A stretch of 64,000 nucleotides of DNA from Octopus sinensis (Eukaryota), in assembly GCF_006345805.1 (NCBI RefSeq), contig NC_042998.1, forward strand, positions 55,056,001 to 55,120,000, written 5' to 3'. Shown one piece after another: positions 1 to 13,251 of this stretch. The first letter of the stretch is position 1. Every line of letters begins with the position of its first letter. The translations under genes and the position numbers were made by a program. The notes beneath the pieces are model-generated. The model was given only the letters and a program-made list of their open reading frames with translations. It searched no databases and was not told the DNA's origin.

Positions 1-458
1 TCCCTTCGTCGCTTAGTTGATTTGATTTGCTTCCGCAAAAACAAAAACAAAAGGAGCATTTAAGTGAACTTAACTATAAACACATAATAATCACAAGGGA
101 GTTTGCAGACGACCGCAAGTCGTCTGCCTACGTGAACGTTCATGTGTGTGTGTGTGTGTGTGTGTGCTTGTGTGTGTGTGTATCTATGTGTGTGTGAGTG
201 TATATGTGTGAATGAGTGTTTAAAAGAATGAAATTCAAAAATAGGGAGAGAGAATGTGCGTGTATGCGTGCGTATATGTGCATGAGTGTGTATGTGCGTG
301 CGTGTATACGTGTATGAGTGCTTCAAAGAGAACGAGAGTGAAATCCAAAGATAGAGTGTGTTCACGCACGCATGCGTGCGCGTGCGTATGTGTGTGAGTA
401 TATCAGTGTGAATATTAAAAAGAGAGACACAAAGAGATAGAATGTGTGTATGTGTGTA

Positions 459-489
<31 letters not shown>

Positions 490-792
490 CAACGAGATTG
501 TGAGATACAAAGATAGACAGAGGGAGGGAGACAGACAGACAGAGACAGAGAGTGACAGACTGTGTTAGTGTAGATGCGTGTATGTGTGTGAGCGTGTGTG
601 TGTGCGTCTGTGTTAGAAAAACTGTAAAAGCGGGAAGAAGAGGGTGTACGTATATCGTGCCTGTTTAAGGTTGTACGAGTGTGTGTAACTATGTATACAT
701 GTAAGTACTTGTATATTGGTATGTGTATGTTCATATGTATGTGAACATTTGAATATATGGGTGTTTGTATATATACACATGGAAAAAAGTCA

Positions 793-1197
793 AGTGGCTG
801 TGTGGTTAGTAGCTTGCTAACCAACCACATGGTTCCGGGTTCAGTCCCACTGCGTGGCATCTTGGGCAAGTGTCTTCTGCTATAGCCCCGGGCCGACCAA
901 TGCCTTGTGAGTGGATTTGGTAGACGGAAACTGAAAGAAGCCTGTCGTATATATGTATATATATGTGTGTGTGTGTGTGTTTGTGTGTCTGTGTGTGTCC
1001 CCTAGCATTGCTTGACAACCGATGCTGGTGTGTTTACGTCCCCGTCACTTAGCGGTTCGGCAAAAGAGACCGATAGAATAAGTACTGGGCTTACAAAGAA
1101 TAAGTCCCGGGGTCGATTTGCTCGACTAAAGGCGGTGCTCCAGCATGGCCGCAGTCGAATGACTGAAACAAGTAAAAGAGTAAAGAGTAAAAGAGTA
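793..1197 (+). mobile_element. tRNA-derived SINE, family A (CORE-like central domain, internal (TG)n, (AAGAGT)n tail), near full length
   Basis: Head AGTGGCTGTGTGGTTAG...GGTTCCGGGTTCAGTCCC, CORE-like TCTTGGGCAAGTGTCTT, tail GAAACAAGTAAAAGAGTAAAGAG; about 15 similar copies in the window. Confidence 0.85.
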
Positions 1198-1430
1198 TAG
1201 AAAATGCTAAAATAATTTTATAAAAAAACATTTCAGTACCGGTTTCAGTCATTGAGACTTTTTCAACTGTAAGTATGGAAAACAATTAAATTTAGAAAAA
1301 TTAAAAACGTTTTTTTAAAGAATATTTGTATAGTGTTCAAATGCAAGTGGCATTTTCCTTGTTTCTGCCTGTCTCTGTCTCTCTTGTTTACTCTTGTAGG
1401 TTCGAGCTCGTTGTGAATTCTATGTGTATA

Positions 1431-1677
<247 letters not shown>

Positions 1678-1851
1678 ATTTTACTCTGCTATGTATTGAG
1701 TACCTTATTTACTGTGGTTAACCCCGAATCAACCCGGGACCTACATATATATATATACATATACAAACACGAGATGTTCGAGTGTGTGCGTGCGTGTGAG
1801 TGTGTGTGTGTATGTGTGTGTCTGTGTGTGTGTGTGAGTGTGTGTGTGTAT

Positions 1852-1883
<32 letters not shown>

Positions 1884-3757
1884 TGTGTGTGTGTGTGTGT
1901 CTGCCGTCTGTGAGTGTGAGTCTATGTTCGTGCATGTATTTATTTCTGCATGTGTTCATGTGTGCGTGTGAGTGTGTTTGCGTACGTGTGTGAGAGATTT
2001 TATTATATGTGTACCGGATTAAGTGTGTGCGTGTGTGAGTATCCATGTATATTTATGTGTGTATGTATATGTATGTTTGTACATATGTGCGTGTGAGAGA
2101 TTTTGTGTGGGTGGCCGTGCGTAAGAGAGACAGAGTGAAATTTTATTTTGTGAGCGCCGATGGATTAAGAAAGAGAAGAGAGAAAGGGGTCAAAATATAT
2201 GGATATTTCACTGTAAGCGAAAAAGAAATGTGAAAGAATGAGATAGAAAGTAAAACCCTAGCAAAAAGTGATAAAAATGAAAAAAAAAAAACGGAAAAGT
2301 AAAGGAAAGGAAACTAATGACAGTGAGAGAAGATGGGTTGGAGAAAGAGATGGCGATAAGGAAAATGAAAGAACGCATCAGACACTAGAGGAAAAAAAAA
2401 AAAGATGAACCGATCTCATGCGTCTGAGAATTCCTGTGGGAGCAACTTTCTGTCTATTGAGAGAGAGAGTGGGGCAGAGACAGAGCTAGAGAAAGAGACA
2501 CACACAGACACATACACAAAGATACAGAGAAAAAGAGGGACAGAGGTAAAGATAGAGAAAAGGACAGAGAGAGGTGGAGGGAGGGAGGGAGAGGGGGAGA
2601 GGGGGAGAGGGGTGAGGGTAAAGCTAGTCCGCCTAGTCCTTTGTTTTTGACACGGTAGCTGATGCGATAAATGTACTTTCTAAGTCTTTGTTGAAAATGG
2701 CATCATTGGCAGCGGATGTAGCTGATATTTGTTTACTGCGCTTCGCTTCACAGAACTATTTTCCAAGAAACCCCATCAGATTTGTTCTGTTGGCCATTGA
2801 TGCGCTCGCATGCTCGCTTCTTTTTTCGTTTCATAGTTATTTTTCTAACTTGATTATTTACAATGTTGTTGTTTTTGACTTTTTTGTTTCTTAAATATAT
2901 TATGAGAAATTTGTTTGTTGGTTAGTTCGTTTACGCATTGCTTTTTATTATTATTATTATTATTATTTTCTTTTCTTTTTTTTGGTTTGTGGTCGTTGTT
3001 ATGCTTTTTATAAATCTTGAACATTTTAGTTCTTCCGTCTTATTTGTTTACTCTTGATAGTTTATTTTTTTATTTATTCATTTTGTTTTTTTTATTTACG
3101 ATCGAATTATTTTTTTGTTCCTTGTAGCTGTCTTTCAACTCTCACGCACACATTCCTGTAGACGTACATTCGCATAAACAGGTAGACAGACATGAGTAAA
3201 AAAAATACAAGACCAAAACGTAACAGAAGGAAATTTCGTTTTACAGTTAATCTGCCTTCTACTATATGTGTTTGTTTTCTGATCTTTAGCTTCTTTAGTT
3301 TGTTAAACCCATCACAGATAAAAGCCACGCTGAGGCAACACGTTCAGAGCTAAACGTTCTGTCTTCTGTAGCAACCGCGCGTGTGTGTGTACATTGTATG
3401 ACATCATAAGAATTGATTAACTTCCGAGAGAACGTGAAATATATATATATTCTTTTTTGTGGTGGTGGTTTTGGTTCGGGGTGAGGACAGAGGATCACGC
3501 GGAACATAAAGCTATAAATAATAACATGTAAATATTTCAACACAACATTTACATTCTATTACATATAGCTTTATGTTCTTCGAGATCCACTGATCCACTG
3601 TTCAAAAATTGTGTACATGTATGCGTATATATATATACAAATATTAGGGAATAAATCCAAACTTACAGGGAAAAATCAGATTTAGGATTGAATCCAATTT
3701 TATAGTAAAATATTATATTATATTCATTGATTAAACCTCGCCAAGTTAAATATTCAA

Positions 3758-3825
3758 ACCATCTGAAGAATGACTGTTACTCGAAAATTTTAAGAATTGA
3801 ACAGCCATGAAACGATCGTAGTGTT
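3758..3825 (+). ncRNA. Minimal hammerhead ribozyme-like motif in a PLE-type repeat (about 3640-3960)
   Basis: CTGAAGA, helix II ATGACTGTT/AACAGCCAT (one mismatch), GAA-AC-GATC-GT-A with palindromic helix III loop; helix I only 3 bp plus a mismatch. Confidence 0.55.
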
Positions 3826-3968
3826 ATATTAATTATCTTTTTTAATAATTTTGATATATATTTAAATAATATAAATTAATTAATCATATGTATTGGCTTA
3901 AGTTTTTCATTGTATGATTTGCTTAATAGTGGTTTTATCTCTAATTTAATATAATATAATATATATAT

Positions 3969-4000
<32 letters not shown>

Positions 4001-5199
4001 CAGATTTTCACCATGTTAAGCTGTTAATCCTAATACAGTTTTTATCTTTCCGTTTTCTCTCTCTCCTTCTCCCCCCCCCCTCGCTCTTTCCATTTTTCCT
4101 CTAATCCTGTCGAAAAGCGTCAAAGACTTTTCTTTTGTTCCCGAGCTTCCCTCACCTGTCTTTGTCTTTTATTTTCTGTACATTTGAAACATTATTTTTT
4201 TTCAGAAGTCAAACACCTATAGTAATAAAGAAACGAACGGAAAAAAGACAAAGAACGTCAAGTTGAAAAGCATACTAAATGCACAGACGAACGGAAAACA
4301 AGCAAAGAAGGTCACCAACTCCTCATCGGTTATCGGCCGGGGTGTCAAATGCAATTTCATGACATTATCGATAATATTGCTGGAGGCAACCAGCAAGAAA
4401 ACTTGCTGGGAATGCGACCAAAACATAACAAAACAAAACATGACGGAGAAACAATGAACGAACAAGAAATACGGAAATGGACATACGAAAATGGATAAAA
4501 GTAATTCAAGACGAGACTTGAAGTAATTCAAGAAATGACACAGCCTTAGATCGTGTCCGGTCGCGTATTAGTGTGAGGAGAGAGGAAGAGTCAAATAGAC
4601 TAGAGAAACGGAGGAGAGTAACAGGGAGGGAAAAGAGAGAAAGACATAGAAAGGGAGAGAGAGAGAGAGACGGAGGGAAAGAGAAAGAACAGAGAGAGGG
4701 AGGTGAAAGGGAGTCAAAGGAAAGGAAAGAGACAGAGTTGCACAAAAATATTCCGAGTATATTACTTCAAATGGGTAAAAAATAATGAATGCGCTGAGTT
4801 GCGTGAATAATATTTTCAGAAGTCAAACACGTATAGTAATAAACAAACGAACGGAAACAGACACAGAACGTCAAGTTGAAAAGCATAAACTAAATGCACA
4901 GACGAACGGAAAACTAAGACAGAAACTTACCCTTCAAGGTAGTGTATCAGCATGCCAGCAGTCTAATGAATGAAACAAGTAAAAGATGAAAAGACAATAC
5001 TTTATTAATGATGTGCCCCGAAGCGAACTCAGCTATAAAGAATAGCTTATAAATTCATTTGTTTAATAAACATTTAGGGGTAGGTAAATGTAGAAAGTTG
5101 CATGCAGGACTAGAAAATTAACCGGTACTCCGTCGGTTATGACGGTGAGGGTTTCAGTTGATCCGATCAACGGAACAGCCTGAGACAAGTAAAAGATAA

Positions 5200-5545
5200 A
5201 AGATGGAAGATAAAAAGGAAAATCGAAGCATTTGAACAATGGTGCAATAGACGGATTCTCAGAATAGGCTGGACGGATAAAAGAACAAATGAGTGGGTCA
5301 TTTGTAAGATGAAGTGCCAAGAAAGACTGTTAAATACAATTAAGCAAAGAAAATGGACCTTCACCGATTATATATCGAGAAGACAAGACCTTGACAAGTT
5401 CCTGTCGACAGGTAGAGAATATGACAAATGAACTAGAGGAATACTTGTAACCAGATTGAGTGATAGCATCAAAGAAGCTAGTGGTGGAAGTTTTGCGGAA
5501 CTGTGCAGGCTGGCAGAGGACAGACATGAATGGGGGGAAGCAGCG
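5200..5545 (+). mobile_element. RTE-clade LINE, degenerate RT C-terminal fragment
   Basis: Frame 2 from 5222: IEAFEQWCNRRILRIGWTDKRTNEWV...RKWTF...*...LAEDRHEW, matching the RTE motif IEAFEMWCYRRxLRIxWTD; internal stop. Confidence 0.85.
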
Positions 5546-5886
5546 AATCAATTATTTGAGTCTCCCGTCTCGAGAAGTTGTTTGTTGATACTTTCCAAAG
5601 GTTGTAATAGTGTCAGTGAATTTCCATTAATTAAGAATCAAAAGTGAATCGCAGTCAAGAGCTGTTTTCGTTCTTTTTTTCTTCTTCTTCTTTTTTTTAC
5701 CATTAGCGGATTCTACTCTGTTGCAAGAACTTAGATCAAATCTACGTTGTGAGGATGATTTGATGTCTTCTTTCGCGTAGAAGTATGGCGATGTTTTAAA
5801 AGGGAAATTAGGTTGCTATTTCTAGCTGACTGATCATCGATCGCATGGAAAGTAATCATACACACACATACATATATATACATATA

Positions 5887-6033
5887 TACGACGGGCTTCT
5901 TTCAGTTTCCGTCTACCAAATCCACTCACAAGGCTTTGGTTGGCCCGAGGCTATAGTAGAAGACATTTGTCCAAGGTGCCATGCAGTGGGACTGAACCCG
6001 GAACCATGTGGTTGGTAAGCAAGCTACTTACCT
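5887..6033 (-). mobile_element. SINE family A, 5' half
   Basis: Reverse complement of the 793-950 segment. Confidence 0.8.
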
Positions 6034-6690
6034 CACTATAGAAATTAATATTATTTTTCTTGCGAAAGATCAACGCTTTTTAGTGTAAGTAGTAAAGTAC
6101 AATCAACTACATCGTCCCTGTATATTAATGGGCTCTTTCATTTTAGCCTTTCCAGAATTGAAAAATTATAATAAAATGTACCTTGCTAGGATTTGAACTT
6201 CGAACCGGGAAGCTGAAATTAAATACTGTAACGTGTGTAATATTTCTACTGTTGACAGCTGCAATATTTCATTCTGCTTCACCTATGTAACATGATTCGA
6301 TGAAGTATGTCAGTCGTATATGTTTAAATCGTGGAATGTAATTCAATGAGGCGATACTTTCATATTTATTAAGGAAGTTCTTTCGAATTTGAAGACCACC
6401 TGCATCTAACTGGTCCTTGAGAACAGATTACTTCCCGGCGAAACTCAATTATATTTACCATAGATTCTACGTTATACATGCTAACATACTTAAGTATCAC
6501 AGCAGAAATATTATTAAGATTTATTACAAGCACTTTTTCTTAGAAGTAAGGCTTCAATATCACATCGATTTTATCTCCAGAACCAAACAGTTATCTTTCT
6601 TAGTCACCATCAATTCTCTGTCACAATTTCCACCATCTTCGCCACTTGTCAGCTACAATAGATATTTTTTTAGTGATATCTATAAATCTT

Positions 6691-7332
6691 GGATCTTTTC
6701 GGTTTGAACGACAGTTTTTAACATAATTTCTAGGTAACTAAAAAATGAAAACTAAATAAATTAATTAGTCCATTATTACTTACGTAAATATTGAATATTA
6801 ATGTAATATATTTATGAAATATATTAAAAAATTAAAGATGAAAAAGCAAATTATAAACGTATAACCTATCTTAAAAGAACCGTATAACTATTTAACGTTC
6901 TATATATCTCGTTGACTAAATAATAACTTACAACGGATCTTTTCCTTTTGAACGGCACTTTGTAACATAATTTCTAGGTAACTAAATTGTTTTAAACTTC
7001 GTATACTGGTAGAACGTGTTTATAAAACATCTTTTTCTCTTGGCTTTATTGAGAAAATTCTATAGTTTGTAAGATATTTGTTGTTTTTTTTCTTCAATTT
7101 CTGCAATTTCAACCAATCAGTAACGTCTATTGATGTAAAAAAACATTCTGTGCCGTATGAATATGTCCCTCGTTTAAGAAACAGATTGGGTTTATTTACA
7201 TTTCTGAAGAAAAAAAAAGATACCCTTCCCCCACCCCTAACCCAAACTAACCCTAACCCTAAAACAGATTGAAATGCAATAGATCGATAATGACACCGCT
7301 AGAAAAAACTGCCGTTCAAACCGAAAAGATCC
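6691..7332. mobile_element. Non-autonomous TIR element, 28-bp TIRs starting GGATC, telomere-like CCCTAA motifs near the right end
   Basis: GGATCTTTTCGGTTTGAACGACAGTTTT at 6691 versus AAAACTGCCGTTCAAACCGAAAAGATCC ending 7332 (1 mismatch); internal TIR-like copy near 6935; no TSD seen. Confidence 0.75.
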
Positions 7333-7873
7333 GCAGGTATGGCTTTGTGGTTAAGAAGTTTGCTTTGCAACTACGTGGTTTCGGGTTCAGTCCCACAGCG
7401 CAGCACCTTGGGTAAATGTCTTCTACCATAGCCCCGGGCGACTAATGCCTTATAGTGGATTTGGTAGACAGAAACTGAAAGAAGCCCGTCGTATTAATAT
7501 ATATATAGCTTGCTAACCAACCACATGGTTCCGGGTTCAGTCCCACTGGGTGGCATCTTGGGCAAGTGTCTTCTGCTATAGCCCCGGGCCGACCAATGCT
7601 TGTGAGTGGATTTGGTAGACGGAAACTGAAAGAAGCCTGTCGTATATATGTATATATTTCTATGTATTTGTGTGTATGTTTGTGTGTGTGTGTTTGTCCC
7701 CCTAGCATTGCTGGACAACCGATGCTGGTGTGTTTACGTCCCCGTCACTAAGCGGTTCGGCAAAAGAGACCGATAGAATAAGTACTGGGCTTACAAAGAA
7801 TAAGTCCTGGGGGTCGATTTGCTCGACTAAAGGCGCAGTCAAATGACTGAAACAAGTAAAAGAGTAAAAGAGT
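7333..7873 (+). mobile_element. Two SINE family A copies (head-only 7333-7493; near full length 7507-7873)
   Basis: Similarity to 793-1197. Confidence 0.85.
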
Positions 7874-8243
7874 ATATGTGTGTGTGTGTGTGTGTGTATC
7901 TTTGCTAGTGTTTCTTTTTGTCCATGCTTGTTCCCCCACACCGCCTAACAACCGGTGTTAGTTTGTCTCCGTTACCTAGTAGTTAGTGAAAAGATACCAA
8001 AAGAATAAGCACCATAGATCGATCTTCGCAACAAAAACCCTTCAAGCAAAGAGGTATCCCAGTATGGTCGTAGTCCAATAGCTGAAACAGGTAAAAGATA
8101 AAAATTATTTTTTAAAGACGTGTTCAGAATTACTTATGAAAACAAGGCATATATTTGCACCATTTTATTTAAATACCAACACTTAACACATTAGCAACGA
8201 AATTTACAAAATATGCCACTTTTGCCGTCGCTTTTATATTCTA

Positions 8244-8618
8244 CTAGCAGTATCGCCCGGCGTTGCTCGGGTTTGTAAGCGAAATAACTATATAAGCATT
8301 TTTAGAGAGTTATAGCCAAAAAATGCATTAAAAAGGGAAAAAAAATGATGGTAAATTTTTTAAAAATCGTTGACTCATCGTAGACATTTTTAGAGAGTTA
8401 CTTTCCTTATATAATAGCGAAAAAATGCATTAAAATGGAAAAAAAAATTTTTTTAATCGTAGACTCATCGTAGACGAGCGCTAATACCCAAAAGGGCTCG
8501 ATATGAATCACGACTATAAGATACCCGGTTTTGGTTAAACTGCACCGCAAAATGTGGGAGTAGTTAGGAATCTAAATCGTAAGAGACAGACACACAACCT
8601 TACTTTTATATATAAAGA
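8244..8618 (-). mobile_element. Non-autonomous Helitron
   Basis: Minus strand: A|TCTTTATATATAAAAG... 5' end, 3' hairpin CCCGAGCAACGCCGGG then CTAG|T; internal ~90-bp duplication. Confidence 0.8.
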
Positions 8619-9238
8619 TAATATATAGGAAACGTAAACAAACACTTAATACGAATGTTTTTTAAAGGTAGCCATTTAGCATTAAGAGTACAACGTAGAT
8701 TTGGTTACAGCACGACTATTACTGCTTCTCTGCATTTGTCGCTGATCGTACGTGCTCTTGTGCGTGTGTGTGTGTGTGGGGGGGAAGAAATAAGTTGTTA
8801 TTTTACACCAGTATATGGCAAGCACCAGTAGAACAGCGTTAAGTTCTTGATGACCTTGTTTCTATTCACAGTTGGAATCTTTTCACATCACTTATGACCT
8901 CTGGGTCTTGGAAAATCATAAACACGATAATGTACATTTTTTTCGCCTCCTAAAAATATTTTTCTGATCTATCATGCATGTCTAAAACGGAACCTCTTAT
9001 GTCCAAAGGTCTAAACTGAAATGTTAAAAAAATTAATCATCGCACACGTACAGACTCACCAACCAGACGCATAAAAGAAAGAAAAAAGAAAACTCATTTT
9101 AGACTTCAAGCTTTTCATGAAAATGTATATGAAACACTATCGTTGCCTTATAAAAGAGTTAAGTTTATACATTCATGTTCAGTTCTATATTTAAGAGATG
9201 AGGAATTATGTACATTTGACCTCATCTTGTTTGTCGTT

Positions 9239-9284
9239 AATACAACGTTTCGGCTGATGTACCCTCCAGGCTTCATCAGGTGTT
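9239..9284 (-). ncRNA. Degenerate minimal hammerhead ribozyme-like motif (PLE type)
   Basis: Minus: AACAC CTGATGA A GCCTG...CAGCC GAA ACGT T GTATT; palindromic ACGT helix III; one mismatch each in helices I and II. Confidence 0.5.
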
Positions 9285-9725
9285 GTAGCAAAAGTTTCTG
9301 CTACCATGACAAATACTTCTGCGTGTTATTGAGAAATTTAGAGAGCGAAAAAAAGCTTCTTCTAAGCAAACAACTCTAGACTTGTTTTTTAAAAAGAAAT
9401 CTACAAGTCTGTCTACAAGTGCTTGTGAACCGGCGTTCGCGTCTACAAGTGATGGTGTACGCAAGTCTAGTGTGTGTGGAAGTGATTCAGGAAACGATTT
9501 TTTAAAAATTATAAATGATCTTGACATTCTTTTAACTTTACATAGATAATATTCTTTACATTCAATTATTGTTTTATTGCTATTTATTTACGAGTATTAT
9601 AAATTTTATTGGTAAAATATTTTTCTGGGAACGAATTACGATTTATAACATTGCTCTGCTTTACAAGTTTTCGCTTTACGAGCGGTCCCCGAGAGCAAAT
9701 TAACTCGTATATGGAGGCGTTACTG
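9285..9725 (+). mobile_element. Tigger/pogo DNA transposon 3' remnant with right TIR and TA target site
   Basis: AKVSATMTNTSACY*EI/RERKKASSKQTTLDLFFKK (one frameshift) resembles the Tigger C-terminus ACYREIFRERK...QTSLLSYFKK; terminus ...GGAGGCGTTACTG|TA at 9725-9727. Confidence 0.75.
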
Positions 9726-9769
9726 TACATACAAACATAGGTACACATGCGCTGATTGCCACTTCTTTT

Positions 9770-10125
9770 CAGAAGTGGGCCTTTGCTTCTTTGAACATTG
9801 CATGTTCATATGCACGCAGACGGCATTTCTACCCAGCTTCCGTTCTACAGGAACGTTCACAGACGTGACATCTAGTTTTCTTTTCAGTCCAAAGGTACCA
9901 AGGAGGGCGAGGCGGTAGAAAACCTCATAAACAGCTCTGCTTCAACATCACTCATGAGACTTTAGATGGCCGACAAACCCGGCTTTTGAGATAAGAAATC
10001 ATTTACACGCGATGCATCTAAGTTCTTCTTGTGTTTCTGCAGACTCTGTACTTGGGTCCCGCTTACGAAGTGAGCGCTTCAAAGGACCATGCTCCACTCA
10101 CTTTTGCTCTGCCATCACATCTGTA
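9770..10125 (-). mobile_element. LINE 3' remnant (probably RTE clade) with two degenerate C2H2-like zinc fingers
   Basis: Minus: EHGPLKRSLRK...CIACK*FLISKAGFVGHLKSH and CHVCERSCRTEAG*KCRLRAY; stops and frameshift. Confidence 0.6.
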
Positions 10126-10144
10126 CACACCTACACCGCATCTA

Positions 10145-10452
10145 CACATACATACATACATACATACATACATACATACGCACATACAACATACACACGC
10201 GTGCACACACACACCCGCGTATGCATGCATGCATGCGTAGGTGCGTACATGCATTCATACATACATACATGCACACACAGATACATACGTACATATGTAC
10301 ATACATACCTACATATATATATATATATATATATACATACGTACATACAGATATCATACATACATACGTACGTACATACACACATGCATGCATACATACA
10401 TACATACATACATACATACATACATACATACATACATACATACATACATACA
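10145..10452. repeat. Compound (CATA)n/(CA)n/(AT)n microsatellite
   Basis: Direct reading; source of seven overlapping HTYI/MYVC ORFs. Confidence 0.95.
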
Positions 10453-11002
10453 TTATATAAACTTCCTTCATACTTCTCGATCAATTTTTCGCAAACCATT
10501 GTTTGGTTAACATGATAGTGTCTCATGAACTGGCAAGTAGATAGATACCAGTGGTTAGTGGGGCTGAGCAACTTTTGATAACTAAACTGCGTTGCCCGAG
10601 GTAAGAATAATTTTGCTGAAGAAGAACTTTGTAGGTCTGTATGATGTAATCCTCAAATAAAGATGTAATATTTTCCAGTGTTGTTGATGTTGTTATTGTT
10701 GTTATGTTGTGTGGTGTATTTGTGTGTGTGTAGGGGGGGGATATGTGTGTTTGTCTGCCACCACTGCTTGACCAGCAGTGCTGCCTTGTTTACATCCCCG
10801 TACATCCCCGAACGGCAAAAGCGACTGACAACTAAGTTCCAGGCTTTAAAAATGTAAGTGTTCGGGTTAATTTATGCGTCTATTTAACTCTACCAGGGTG
10901 TAGTCCAATGACTGAAACAAGTAAAATACAATTGATAAACACGTGTGTGTGTGTGTGTTTGACGAAGAGAACAAGACGCTTTTATTCTTTTCTTTACTTT
11001 CT

Positions 11003-11413
11003 TATTTCTTTACTGCCCACAAGGGGCTACACACAGAGGGAACAAACAAGGAGAGATAAACGGATTATGTCGATTATATCGACCCCATTGCCTTAACTGG
11101 TACTTATTTAATCGACCCCGAAAGGATGAACGGCAAAGTCGACCTCGGCGGAATTTGAACTCAGAACGTAACGACAGACGAAATACTATTTCTTTATTAC
11201 CCACAAGGGGCTAAACACAGATGGGACAAACAAGGACAGACATAGGTATTAAGTCGATTATATCGACCCCAGTGCGTAACTGGTACTTATTTAATCGACC
11301 CCGAAAGGATGAACGGCAAAGTCGACCTCGGCGGATTTTGAACTCAGAACGTAACGACAGACGAAATACCGCTACGCATTTCGCCCGGCGTGCTAACGCT
11401 TCTGCCAGCTCGC
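11003..11413 (-). mobile_element. tRNA-derived SINE family B, two tandem units
   Basis: Core GGCAAAGTCGACCTCGGCGGAATTTGAACTCAGAACG twice; A-box/B-box-like head (TGGCAGAA.CG / GAGTTCAAATTC) on minus. Confidence 0.9.
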
Positions 11414-11730
11414 TTTACTTTCTTGTGAGTGCGCAGATAACCGGTTAAAATAACTCTAAAAACTTCAACGAGGAAGAAGAGACAAACATGTTCATATACA
11501 TACATACGTAGGCGTGTATGTTCGAATGTACCTATGAAACTGGGAGACAAGAAGCTCATAAATAAACAGTGGAGGAAGAAGAGGAAGAGAGTGAGTAAAT
11601 TGAACGGTGATAAAAGGTCGGAATTATGTCGAAGTTACGAGACACGGTTGTACGATACGCATATATATATATATCATATGCATGTATGTAAGTATGTATG
11701 TATGTATGTATGTATGTATGTATGTATGTA

Positions 11731-11769
<39 letters not shown>

Positions 11770-12917
11770 GGATGGATGGATGGATGGATGCGGAGTAGAT
11801 GAAACAGGGGCAACTGATGAAGGGGTTTATTCTTTATGTTGCATGTCTCGTTTCTCTGTTTTTTTCCTTGTTCGAAAAATAAAGTTCGTTTTCTATGTTT
11901 TTGTCTTTATGTTTTCGTTTCTCACTATGTTCAACGGATTTTTGATGTCCTGTACCCATATATGCATGTATATATACATATATATGTAGGTATGTACATA
12001 TATGTATGTATATATGCATATATTTATATATTATATATATTATATATATATATATATATTATATATGTGCAGAGAGAGGGGGAGTGAGGGAGTTTACTGC
12101 TAAATCTATCGATTAAAAGAAAATATGACATGGATAAGAAAGAATGTATGCAAATATGTGAGATTAAGGAAGAGAGAAGAAATACAAACTGAGTGTGATT
12201 GAGAGAGAGAGAGAGAGAGAATGAGAGAAAGGGAGAGAAGAACAAGTGAGAGGGCAACAGAAATAGAGGAAAGAGAAAAAGAGAGACGCATATTGAATGT
12301 AAGAATAAGGTAGTTAAATATATATATAGAGAAAAGCAAAATGGAAGAATGGAAGGACAGATAAAAAGGGTGTTTGAGAGAGTTGAGAGAGCGAGAGAGA
12401 GTGAGAGAGAGAGAAAGAATGGGAGGGAATGACGCTACCTTAAAAATATAAATTATAAAAGGTCATCTGACAACGAAGAAAAAAACTGGCATGGTGGTTG
12501 TCTCGGAAAAAAAATTAAAAAGAGTAAAAAATACGAGCAGCGTGGAGGTTTATGTTTGTGGTGATGTATTCCGTGCCGGTCTTTTGAACGCAGACACACA
12601 GACTCCAGACTAATTACTGACATAGAAATGTTGGGAGAATAACAGAAACTTGTCCTTTTCTGAAGTGTACCAAATAGGAAAACAATCGCCAGCGTCATCC
12701 TACTCACAGTCCAAACAGCCATCAAGAGTCGTCAATTACAGATCCACTAAAGTAAACGTATTAAGTAGATGGTATGATAGCCAAAGTTGCCTTTATGTCT
12801 TTTATTAATACTTGTCCTTGAATATAGTCAAGGATGTTCGCAAGTAGACGATCATAACTACAAGAAAATATTCGATGTAGACTGTCTGTTTATTGGTTCA
12901 TGTTTATCTGAGTGGAG

Positions 12918-13251
12918 GAGACCCCCTTCGGCCATGAATGACCATGGGATTGCTCCTAGGAAATTACCCTCCGAGGCACAGGTCCGAGCAAAATTGTTTG
13001 TGGAAGACCAGCAGTCGCCCATGCATGCCAGCCTCCCTTCTCCACACCACTGATGTTATCCAAGGGAAAGGCAAAGGCCGATACAACTAAGCACCAGTGA
13101 TGTCGCAACTCATTTCTACAGCTGAGTTAACTGGAGCAACGTGAAATAAAGTGTCTTGCTCAAGAACACAACACACAACCCGGTCCGGGAATCGAACTCA
13201 CAGCCTCACGATCGTAAGCTCGACAATCAAACCACTGAACCATGCGCCTTC
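12918..13251 (-). mobile_element. tRNA-derived SINE family C (CORE-like), full length
   Basis: Minus head GAAGGCGCATGGTTCAGTGG...CTTACGATC...GAGTTCGATTCC; paralogues at 26714 and 43894. Confidence 0.9.

Noticed and set aside
12453-12725. 90-aa minus ORF with a hydrophobic N-terminus
   Set aside because: No recognisable family; the C-terminus is low-complexity
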